A model generated the notes under the pieces. That model saw only the letters and a program-made list of their open reading frames with translations. It had not been told where the DNA came from and did no database searches. The translations under genes and the position numbers were made by a program. From Patescibacteria group bacterium (GTDB lineage Bacteria; Patescibacteriota; CPR2; UBA1875), in contig JBGSRK010000017.1 in the NCBI GenBank assembly GCA_041737595.1, forward strand, positions 1 to 29,837: 29,837 bases of DNA. Reading direction: 5' to 3'. The number at the start of each line of letters is the position of its first letter. Position 1 is the first letter of the stretch. Positions 9,570 through 16,796 of this stretch are shown here, piece by piece.

Positions 9570-11333
9570 ATGAACTTAAAATCAAAAATTAAAGATCTGG
9601 CAGAAAATATTAATAAAGTATTTAATAAATTACAAAATACTCATCTTTCTGATTTACAATCTTTTTATCGGAAATTTTTAAAAAGAATTCCAGATATTTT
9701 TCATTTAAAAAATATAGTATTAATCGGTGGTGGAGCATCGCTTTTAATATTTATACTTTTTAACCAAAGGTTTGAATCGTTATATAATTATTTACCTAAA
9801 GAGCCAGTTTCTGGTGGTATTTATACTGAGGGGGTTGTGGGAGAAATAAATCAATTAAACCCTCTATTTTCACAAACTAGTTCGGCTGAAATTGTTGTTG
9901 ATAATCTAATATTTTCAGGTTTAACAAAAAAAAATAATAAAAAACAAATTATTCCTGATTTGGCCGAAAAATGGGTAATATCGACTGACGGTAAGGTCTA
10001 TACATTTACATTAAAAAATAATATTTTTTGGCATGATAAAGAGCCTGTTACAGTTGATGATATATTATTTACAATAGAAACAATCCAGAACCCTGACACA
10101 AGAACCCCTCTTCTTAAAATTTGGAGAGGTGTAACACCAAAAAAAATAGATGATAAAACAATCTCATTTACGCTCGAAGAGCCATATTCAGGGTTTCTAT
10201 CTAATACTGAAGTATTAATTTTACCAAAACATATATTAGCTGATGTTCCTGCAAAAAGTCTTAAAACCGCAGAATTTAGTAATACTCCGATAGGAACGGG
10301 CCCATATATTTTTGAAAAAATAAAAAACATTAGAGATTCTCAAGAGGTTACACTTCTTTCTAATAAGAATTATTATAATCAAACCCCTTATATTGAAAAG
10401 GTAATAATAAAAACATATAATAATTTTTCTGATTTACCGCCTGCTTATGCTAGAAGAGAGATATTAGGATTAGAAAAAATAAATGGGGAAGAAGTATCGT
10501 ACGAGAATGAACTCCCAAACGCTAATACTTACAATTTAGCTATCCCCGAAACAGATACATTATATTTTAATCTCAGATCCGGTGTTTCTAAAGAAAAATT
10601 TTTACGTGAAGCAATAGCACTATCGATACCTAGAGATGAAATTATAAAAAAAGTTTATAATAATGATGCAATGCCAATATTTGCACCAATATTAACTGGT
10701 TATGTTGGTTATAATTCAAAACTCAAACAAAACATAGATACAGAAGCAGCAAAAAAGAAAATTTTAGATGCTGGCTATACACTTGATGCTAATAATATGA
10801 TGATAAAAGACGGTGAAATCTTAACTGTAAGACTTGTTTGTCTTGATGAATATAACAAAGTATTCGAAGCAGAAATAATTAAAGAAAATCTTAAAAAAAT
10901 TGGGATAAATATTGAAATTGAAAAATACCCCCGTGCATCTTTTTTCCAGGAATATGTAAAAAATAGAAATTTTGATATTCTTTTAATTTCACAAAATCTT
11001 GGTTTTAATTCTGATATATATTCTTTTTGGCATTCAACTCAAGTTAACGACCCAGGTTTAAATTTCTCAGGTCTTTCAGACAGAAAAGTTGATAAATTTT
11101 TAGAACAAGCCAGAACAACCCTAGATATCGAAAAAAGAAAACAAAGATATCAAGATGTCCAACAAATTATATTGGATGAGGTAGCATCATTGCCTTTAGT
11201 TTGGCCAAATTATATTTATGCAGTTTCTAGGGAAGTAAAAGGAATTTCTAATATGAAGCTTTCGGATCCAAAATATAGATTCTGGAATATTGAAAAATGG
11301 TACATCTACGATAAAAAAGCAACAATACTTTAA
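9570..11333 (+). CDS. Peptide/nickel ABC transporter substrate-binding protein (SBP family 5), membrane-anchored
   Basis: LNPLF, IPDLAEKW, WHDKEPVTVDDILFT, PIGTGPY motifs; N-terminal hydrophobic segment; no permease or ATPase nearby. Confidence 0.92.
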   Translation: MNLKSKIKDLAENINKVFNKLQNTHLSDLQSFYRKFLKRIPDIFHLKNIVLIGGGASLLIFILFNQRFESLYNYLPKEPVSGGIYTEGVVGEINQLNPLFSQTSSAEIVVDNLIFSGLTKKNNKKQIIPDLAEKWVISTDGKVYTFTLKNNIFWHDKEPVTVDDILFTIETIQNPDTRTPLLKIWRGVTPKKIDDKTISFTLEEPYSGFLSNTEVLILPKHILADVPAKSLKTAEFSNTPIGTGPYIFEKIKNIRDSQEVTLLSNKNYYNQTPYIEKVIIKTYNNFSDLPPAYARREILGLEKINGEEVSYENELPNANTYNLAIPETDTLYFNLRSGVSKEKFLREAIALSIPRDEIIKKVYNNDAMPIFAPILTGYVGYNSKLKQNIDTEAAKKKILDAGYTLDANNMMIKDGEILTVRLVCLDEYNKVFEAEIIKENLKKIGINIEIEKYPRASFFQEYVKNRNFDILLISQNLGFNSDIYSFWHSTQVNDPGLNFSGLSDRKVDKFLEQARTTLDIEKRKQRYQDVQQIILDEVASLPLVWPNYIYAVSREVKGISNMKLSDPKYRFWNIEKWYIYDKKATIL

Positions 11334-11355
11334 TTTATTGATAATTATAGATAGA

Positions 11356-11384
11356 TTGACTTTTAACCTCTAAAAGAATATAAT
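11356..11384 (+). promoter_or_regulatory. Sigma70-type promoter of the tRNA operon
   Basis: TTGACT-17 nt-TATAAT. Confidence 0.75.
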
Positions 11385-11442
11385 TTGATTGTTCTTAATC
11401 CTCTGGCAAAGGATTTTTTGTTTCTTAACACATTTTTTAGCT

Positions 11443-11542
11443 CAATTGAAATCTGTAGATTTTAATTGTAGAGGAGGCATAGCGAAAGAGATAAGCATTC
11501 GAAATTATTTTTGATGTGAATCTCGCCAGCGAATGCTGACGA
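11443..11542 (+). ncRNA. Putative structured tRNA-leader element, copy A (unknown family)
   Basis: Hairpin CAATTGAAATC-TGTA-GATTTTAATTG, linker TAGAGGA, nested stems GGCAT/ATGCT, GAGAT/ATCTC, GCAT/ATGT, tail GACGA abutting tRNA-Leu. Confidence 0.6.
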
Positions 11543-11629
11543 GGGGACGTGGTGGAACTGGTAGACACGCAAGATTGAGGTTCTTGTGGCCGTAAGGCTG
11601 TGGAAGTTCGAGTCTTCTCGTCCCCACCA
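11543..11629 (+). tRNA. tRNA-Leu (GAG)
   Basis: Acceptor GGGGACG/CGTCCCC, anticodon arm CAAGA-TTGAGGT-TCTTG, long variable arm, GTTCGAG, encoded CCA. Confidence 0.97.
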
Positions 11630-11701
11630 TCTTCAGGCAAAAAAATGAAATAATTTAAGTCTATGAATATTTTTAGCGTAATCTTATAGAAAACCTGACA
11701 T

Positions 11702-11777
11702 GGCGAGATAGCTCAGTTGGTAGAGCGAAGGACTGAAAATCCTTGCGTCCCCGGTTCAAGTCCGGGTCTCGCCACCA
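11702..11777 (+). tRNA. tRNA-Phe (GAA)
   Basis: Acceptor GGCGAGA/TCTCGCC, AAGGA-CTGAAAA-TCCTT, GTTCAAG, CCA; 76 nt. Confidence 0.97.
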
Positions 11778-11852
11778 GTTAAAAGTTTGTTATAGGCTTA
11801 TTGCCCTTCACAACTTTTCATTAATAATCATAATCATCAGATTTTGATTGAC

Positions 11853-11951
11853 CCGGAAAAATTTATTAATTTTTTCGGAAAAGGAAGCGTAGCAAAAGTG
11901 GAAAGTACTTATCACAAATAATGTACGATTCACAATAGATTACGCTGACGC
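11853..11951 (+). ncRNA. Putative structured tRNA-leader element, copy B
   Basis: Hairpin CCGGAAAAATT-TATT-AATTTTTTCGG, linker AAAAGGA, stems AGCGT/ACGCT, GTGGA/TTCAC, GTAC/GTAC, tail GACGC abutting tRNA-Val. Confidence 0.62.
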
Positions 11952-12028
11952 GGGCGCTTAGCTCAGTTGGCTAGAGCATCTCGTTTACACCGAGAGGGTC
12001 AGGGGTTCGAATCCCTTAGCGCCCACCA
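11952..12028 (+). tRNA. tRNA-Val (TAC)
   Basis: Acceptor GGGCGCT/AGCGCCC, TCTCG-TTTACAC-CGAGA, GTTCGAA, CCA. Confidence 0.97.
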
Positions 12029-12090
12029 GTTTCAAGGCAAATTATTTGGTTATAAAAATTTTATTTTTTATGCCCTATACCATCTTTAAC

Positions 12091-12187
12091 CCGGAAAAAT
12101 CTGTTGATTTTTTCGGAAGAGGAGGAATTGTGTTAGGATAAAAATGTGCAACAGCATCATTGTAATCCGAAAACAAATTCTGATGAT
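12091..12187 (+). ncRNA. Putative structured tRNA-leader element, copy C
   Basis: Hairpin CCGGAAAAATC-TGTT-GATTTTTTCGG, linker AAGAGGA, stems GGAAT/ATTCT, GGAT/ATCC, AATG/CATT, TGC/GCA, tail GATGAT abutting tRNA-Gly. Confidence 0.62.
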
Positions 12188-12263
12188 GCGAGAGTAGTTC
12201 AGTGGCTAGAACGTCTCCTTGCCAAGGAGAAGGTCGGGGGTTCGACTCCCCTCTCTCGCTCCA
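12188..12263 (+). tRNA. tRNA-Gly (GCC)
   Basis: Acceptor GCGAGAG/CTCTCGC, TCTCC-TTGCCAA-GGAGA, U73 discriminator, CCA. Confidence 0.97.
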
Positions 12264-12297
12264 AAATTTTTTAGTAGGGGATGATTATCGACGTTTT

Positions 12298-12371
12298 GGC
12301 GTCGTGGCGGAGTGGTTACGCAGCGGTCTGCAAAACCGTTTACCCCGGTTCAATTCCGGGCGACGCCTCCA
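12298..12371 (+). tRNA. tRNA-Cys (GCA)
   Basis: Acceptor GGCGTCG/CGACGCC, GCGGT-CTGCAAA-ACCGT, U73, CCA; 74 nt. Confidence 0.97.
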
Positions 12372-12384
12372 AAATTTATATAAT

Positions 12385-12469
12385 GGGCCGGTGGCGGAAC
12401 TGGTATACGCGCTGGACTTAAAATCCAGTGACTTCGGTCTTGAGGGTTCGAGTCCCTCCCGGCCCACCA
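12385..12469 (+). tRNA. tRNA-Leu (TAA)
   Basis: Acceptor GGGCCGG/CCGGCCC, CTGGA-CTTAAAA-TCCAG, variable arm, CCA. Confidence 0.97.
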
Positions 12470-12475
12470 TCAATT

Positions 12476-12499
12476 AACTCACCAAAAGGTGAGTTTTTT
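12476..12499 (+). terminator. Intrinsic terminator of the tRNA operon
   Basis: AACTCACC-AAAA-GGTGAGTT followed by a T tract. Confidence 0.85.
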
Positions 12500-12526
12500 G
12501 CTTTTTTACTTAATATATTGTAAAAT
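12498..12526 (+). promoter_or_regulatory. Putative promoter for the fabK pair
   Basis: TTGCTT-17 nt-TAAAAT. Confidence 0.5.
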
Positions 12527-12539
12527 ACTTTCGAATATC

Positions 12540-12561
12540 GAGGGTACCATCTGGTACCCTC
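12540..12561. promoter_or_regulatory. Operator-like inverted repeat upstream of fabK
   Basis: GAGGGTACCA-TC-TGGTACCCTC, perfect 10-bp arms, just downstream of the predicted transcription start. Confidence 0.5.
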
Positions 12562-12614
12562 TAACGATATATGTACCTCGACAGTTTGCTCAAAACGGAG
12601 GAAGGTGAATACAG

Positions 12615-13574
12615 ATGTACGAAAAGTGCCCGACCAGGGTCACTAAGATCTTGGATATCACAGTTCCGATTGTTCAAGGTGGCATGGCATGGACTTCGAC
12701 CGCAGAACTCGCTGCAGCCGTTTCCAATGCTGGTGGCCTAGGACAGATCGGTGCCGGACAAATGCCGACACAGATTCTACGAGACGAGATCCGTCGTGCC
12801 AAGGGGCTAACGGATAGACCTTTTGGGGTCAATCTGATGCTCCTTACACCGCATATCGACGAGCTTGTCGATATGGTCATCACAGAGCATGTTTATGCGG
12901 TGACAACTGGTGCTGGCAACCCCGGCAAGTATATGGATCGGCTCAAGTCAGCTGGCATAAAGGTGATGGCGGTTGTTCCGTCTACAGCGCTCGCGAAGCG
13001 TATGGAGTCGATCGGTGCTGACGCCATCATCGGAGAAGGTATGGAGGCAGGTGGCCACATTGGTGACCTCACCACCATGTGTCTCATCCCACAGCTTGTC
13101 GATGTCGTCACTATTCCTGTAATCGCTGCTGGCGGTATCGCCGACGGCAGGGGAATGGCAGCAGCTTTCGCTCTCGGAGCGGAAGGTGTACAAGTTGGAA
13201 CGAGATTCATGTGCGCTACTGAATGCACAATTCATCCGAATATCAAGGAGAGGGTGATCAAGGCCAAGGATCGTGACACAGTTGTTACGGGCCGTTGCAC
13301 CGGCCACCCGGTTCGGGTGATCAAAAACAAGCTTGCGCGCGAAGTCGCAGCTCTTGATCTCGAGAACAAGAAGAAAGAGATCGAGGAGCTCGGTACTGGC
13401 AAACTCGCTCTTGCGATGCGCGAAGGCGACACCGAGATGGGATCTCTTATGGCGGGGCAGTGCTCAGCTATGGTAAAGGAGATCCAACCCGCAGCTGTCA
13501 TTATCGAACAGATGCTTGACGGCTTCGTGTCGGCAGGACAGACGCTCTACAGCCAACTTCCGATAGGAGAGTGA
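12615..13574 (+). CDS. fabK: Enoyl-ACP reductase II (FMN-dependent)
   Basis: PIVQGGMAW, AVSNAGGLG, PFGVNLML, GAGNPGKY, EGMEAGGHIG, IAAGGIADGRG, GHPVR, GSLMAGQ; GGAGGAAGG SD. Confidence 0.92.
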   Translation: MYEKCPTRVTKILDITVPIVQGGMAWTSTAELAAAVSNAGGLGQIGAGQMPTQILRDEIRRAKGLTDRPFGVNLMLLTPHIDELVDMVITEHVYAVTTGAGNPGKYMDRLKSAGIKVMAVVPSTALAKRMESIGADAIIGEGMEAGGHIGDLTTMCLIPQLVDVVTIPVIAAGGIADGRGMAAAFALGAEGVQVGTRFMCATECTIHPNIKERVIKAKDRDTVVTGRCTGHPVRVIKNKLAREVAALDLENKKKEIEELGTGKLALAMREGDTEMGSLMAGQCSAMVKEIQPAAVIIEQMLDGFVSAGQTLYSQLPIGE

Positions 13575-13578
13575 GGAC

Positions 13579-14622
13579 ATGTTCCCAACACTTACTATCG
13601 GAGACAAGGCAGTGAAGTACGCTATTGTTCAGGGAGGTATGGCAGTTCGCATCTCGAAGTCTGCGGTAGCGGCTGCTGTCGCCAATGCAGGTAGTATCGG
13701 TACTATAGGTGCCTCGGGAATGACGGTCGAAGAGCTTCGAGGCGAGATAAGACACGCAAAGAAGCTGCTTGTGGCGCCCGAACAAGGATTGATCGCAGTA
13801 AACATCATGCGAGCGATTCGCGAGTTCAAGACGCTACTCACGGTCTGTATCGAGGAGAACGTTGATATCGTCTTCATCGGTGCAGGCCTCATCGATCGTT
13901 GGGTGGTCGAGATGACGGAGGGAACCAACACCCTGATCGTCCCGATCATCTCCAGGGCTGGTGTTCTCAAGGTTCTCGTGAAGCGCGAGGGTATCATCCC
14001 GGCAGCTATCGTCGCTGAAAGTTGGGAAGCAGGCGGTCACCTCGGAACGAAAGGTCCCGAAGGTACCACCACCGCTGTTCTAGCTGAAGTGCTCGATGCG
14101 ATCGAGAAGCTCGGCCTCAACATCCCAGTGATTGCTGCTGGTGGCATCCGAACGGGCGAAGACTGCAAAATGCTCATCGATATGGGTGCAGCTGGAGTCC
14201 AGCTCGGTATCCCATTCGCTCTTACCGACGAGGTTCGTGAGACCGCACCTGGATGGCAAGATGTGCTACTGAGAGTTACCGAAGAGATCGTCACTGGAGG
14301 TGACTTTGGGCCTGGAAGTCCTACCGGATATCCTGGTCGTTACGCTGTCACGCCTGTGATCGAGAAGCTCATAGCGGATGGAGTCGTTCACTTTGGTGAT
14401 AAGCGTCCGCACTGCGAAGCAAGTTGTCTCGAGAAGTGCGCTTACCGCGACTCCAGATTTCAGGAGAGCCTCTGTATCTTCAGGCATCTCGTCGCCGGTC
14501 AGGAAGGGGACTACGAAAACGGTCTCTTTTTCACCGGATCTGGTATCGACGTACTCGACACCATCAAGCCTGCAGCTGCCATTATCGATCAGCTGGTCGA
14601 GGAGTACGACGTAGCCAAGTGA
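13579..14622 (+). CDS. Nitronate monooxygenase/FabK-fold flavoprotein with C-terminal [4Fe-4S] motif (FabX/UfaA-like)
   Basis: IVQGGM, EAGGHLG, IPVIAAGGI, SPTGYPGR and CEASCLEKC-x11-C..GLFFTG (Cx3Cx3Cx11C). Confidence 0.85.
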   Translation: MFPTLTIGDKAVKYAIVQGGMAVRISKSAVAAAVANAGSIGTIGASGMTVEELRGEIRHAKKLLVAPEQGLIAVNIMRAIREFKTLLTVCIEENVDIVFIGAGLIDRWVVEMTEGTNTLIVPIISRAGVLKVLVKREGIIPAAIVAESWEAGGHLGTKGPEGTTTAVLAEVLDAIEKLGLNIPVIAAGGIRTGEDCKMLIDMGAAGVQLGIPFALTDEVRETAPGWQDVLLRVTEEIVTGGDFGPGSPTGYPGRYAVTPVIEKLIADGVVHFGDKRPHCEASCLEKCAYRDSRFQESLCIFRHLVAGQEGDYENGLFFTGSGIDVLDTIKPAAAIIDQLVEEYDVAK

Positions 14623-14640
14623 GCAACTGCCTGCAATACA

Positions 14641-14701
14641 CCCGCCAAGGGGTACATGACCTAGAAGGTCCGTCGTGTACTCTGCGGCGGGCTTTCTTTT
14701 T
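14641..14701 (+). terminator. Long bulged hairpin with T tract closing the fabK pair
   Basis: Nested stems CCCGCC/GGCGGG, GGGGTACA/TGTACTCT, GACC/GGTC, then CTTTCTTTTT. Confidence 0.65.
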
Positions 14702-14842
14702 GTAAATACTTAATTTTATTTTAACCAGCATTATAGACACACCATGAACTTAATCATATAATTAGTTTATAAATTTGAGGATTATATAACACAAGAAAGA
14801 CTTAGTAACGAAGACTCTTATAAAGAAGGCAAGGTTGTTAAA

Positions 14843-16060
14843 ATGATTGCTGAGCAATTTTCTAATGTTCGAAACAGCACCTTACCAAGTAAACAAGACT
14901 ATAATCGAGCTGAAAAAGTTTTTGAAGAGAAAATAGTTGAAGACCCAGAAGGTTCCCAAGAATCTATAGATAGAATCTATGAAGATGATGAAAATTATCC
15001 CATGATTCGTGATTTAGAATCCGAAAAAGCAGAAGTTATTCCTGAAATGGAATTATTAATATCAGAAGCTGTTGAGTTAATAAAGCCAGTAATAGAGAAA
15101 CTTTATCCTGAAATTGCCAATGATTTTACTCAAGATTTATTTAAAATTGTTGATGGTGAAACTGTTGAACATCGAGAAGTTGAAGGTCGATCTTCCCTTA
15201 GAATTGAATTAGGGGCTATATTAAAAGATAAATTTGATTTTGATATGTTATCGGAGATAGGAGATTTATCTATATGTTCAGCAACTTCATATGCTGAAGA
15301 CGGTGTTGTTTATGTTAATTTTAAAGATGTCAGAAGAAGTATTTTGGAATTCCAAAATCAATTAAAAGACCCTCGTTTTAGAGAATATACACCTGAACAA
15401 ATTAGAGAAATGAAAGTCCAGGATATTTCTAATATGTTGTCACATGAATTTATTCATTTATCTGCTAAGCCACAAGAAATTTTAGATACTACAAAGAGAA
15501 ATGCATATGCTGATCATATAATTGCAAATTTTATTGATCAATTTATTCCATTAATTGTAAAAGATAAAGAAATATTAGAAGCTGATGTTTCATCTGTTTT
15601 AAAAGAATTTTTTCAGAAATTTTATGATGATAATAATGATTTGAGGCCCGAATATCATATTATTATTATGGGAGGCAGAATCCAAATACGTGATCAGAAA
15701 AACCTCCAAATTATTGGCACAGGTTATGAACTAAATGAAGAAATTACAGAACTTCTTAACGAAAAAATTCTTAGAGAAGTTTCGAAAATTAGCCAAGATT
15801 CTGACGATTATTCAATTGATTATTATATCTCTAGAATCAGAGACGATCGTAGACGAGGCGCTGGCCAAGTTAGAGGGAAAAGTACATCATCAAAAAATAT
15901 GATTATAAATCCAGAAGAAGCAGAGTTAATTTTAGAAAAAATATCAAAGGGTGAAAATTTAGATTATACCGTTAATGGTAATAACCTAATGCAAGTTTTT
16001 CTTTCAGGCAAACTCATTGATCTTTTAGCCAAATATGATCTATCAAATTATATACGCTAA
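14843..16060 (+). CDS. Hypothetical acidic protein with zincin/gluzincin-like motifs
   Basis: LSHEFIH (HExxH) and a downstream LNEEITE; 405-aa ORF. Confidence 0.7.
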   Translation: MIAEQFSNVRNSTLPSKQDYNRAEKVFEEKIVEDPEGSQESIDRIYEDDENYPMIRDLESEKAEVIPEMELLISEAVELIKPVIEKLYPEIANDFTQDLFKIVDGETVEHREVEGRSSLRIELGAILKDKFDFDMLSEIGDLSICSATSYAEDGVVYVNFKDVRRSILEFQNQLKDPRFREYTPEQIREMKVQDISNMLSHEFIHLSAKPQEILDTTKRNAYADHIIANFIDQFIPLIVKDKEILEADVSSVLKEFFQKFYDDNNDLRPEYHIIIMGGRIQIRDQKNLQIIGTGYELNEEITELLNEKILREVSKISQDSDDYSIDYYISRIRDDRRRGAGQVRGKSTSSKNMIINPEEAELILEKISKGENLDYTVNGNNLMQVFLSGKLIDLLAKYDLSNYIR

Positions 16061-16137
16061 AATTTTTACTCCAAAAAAATAGTTGCCTTGTGTAACTATT
16101 TTTATTTTCAAAATATAAGTGTATAATTATTTCTGAT

Positions 16138-16650
16138 ATGACAAAAACTGATAAGACATCAAAAAAAGAAGAAAAAACCGAAAAACCAGCAATAGTTATT
16201 AAAGAAACTGAAGAAGATGTTGTCTTGGGTTCTGGTTTTACGGGCGATCCAGATGAATTTAAAGATGAAATAAAAAAAGAAGCGGCGAAAGGGGATTTAG
16301 TAAAAAAATTCTTTATACCGCTTTTTGTCTTTTTAATTATTGGTGGGGGAGTTGGCTTTGCAACTTGGTATTATGCTAGACCAGAGAAAACTGTTCCTAA
16401 AACAGAAGAAAAAATTCAAACACCGCCAACAGTTGATGAGACAAAAGAAGAAACCCCCGCAGTGGTTACTCCAACCACTTCTGAGCCAGTTGAAAAGAAA
16501 GAAACTTCATATACTGTTATAGAAGGTGATACACTTTCTAGTATTGCGAATGCAAATGGTATGACATCTACTGAACTTGCGACATATAATAATATTACAG
16601 ATGTTAATAGCCTCCATATTGGTCAGGTAATTAAAATCCCAGCAAAATAG
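16138..16650 (+). CDS. Membrane-anchored LysM peptidoglycan-binding protein
   Basis: Single TM, T/P/E-rich linker, C-terminal YTVIEGDTLSSIA...N.L.IGQVIKIP. Confidence 0.93.
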   Translation: MTKTDKTSKKEEKTEKPAIVIKETEEDVVLGSGFTGDPDEFKDEIKKEAAKGDLVKKFFIPLFVFLIIGGGVGFATWYYARPEKTVPKTEEKIQTPPTVDETKEETPAVVTPTTSEPVEKKETSYTVIEGDTLSSIANANGMTSTELATYNNITDVNSLHIGQVIKIPAK

Positions 16651-16718
16651 TTTTTTAGTTATTTTGCCTTTGACATTTAGTACTTTTAGTATCAATATAT
16701 AAATAGATATAGTTTAAT

Positions 16719-16781
16719 GTTATCCTTAGAAAAAATATAAATCGAAGGATCAAAAAAATTTCAGGCAAGCCTGGAATGACA
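16719..16781. repeat. Degenerate REP-like elements upstream of lemA
   Basis: GTTATCCTTAG...CGAAGGATC followed by ATTTCAGGC-AA-GCCTGGAAT-GACA; similar to the 23097-23208 units. Confidence 0.55.
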
Positions 16782-16796
16782 AAAAAGGAGTTTTAC

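Noticed and set aside
11536-12187. CTGACGA / CTGATGA at the element ends read as hammerhead ribozyme cores
   Set aside because: No stem II followed by GAAA and no properly placed NUH site; the CU is paired in P2, and copy B reads CTGACGC.
11443-12187. Elements as T-box, glycine or lysine riboswitches
   Set aside because: No T-box AGGGTGGNACC antiterminator or specifier/GNUG loop. The CTTCAGGCAAAA and AGAGG matches are isolated and lack the rest of those aptamers.
11443-12187. CRISPR array or integron attC cassette array
   Set aside because: The units are not identical direct repeats, lack consistent RYYYAAC/GTTRRRY ends, and are separated by tRNAs; no cas or intI gene is present.
11437-12477. 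ORFs 11437-11640(-), 12202-12477(+) and 12285-12473(-)
   Set aside because: They are translations across tRNA genes.
12674-14705. Many overlapping ORFs within the fabK pair
   Set aside because: Shadow frames expected in GC-rich coding sequence; no SD or motifs.
12385-14760. tRNA-Leu as the attachment site of an integrated element
   Set aside because: No duplicated tRNA 3' end found at the right border and no integrase in the window; the tRNA terminator is intact.
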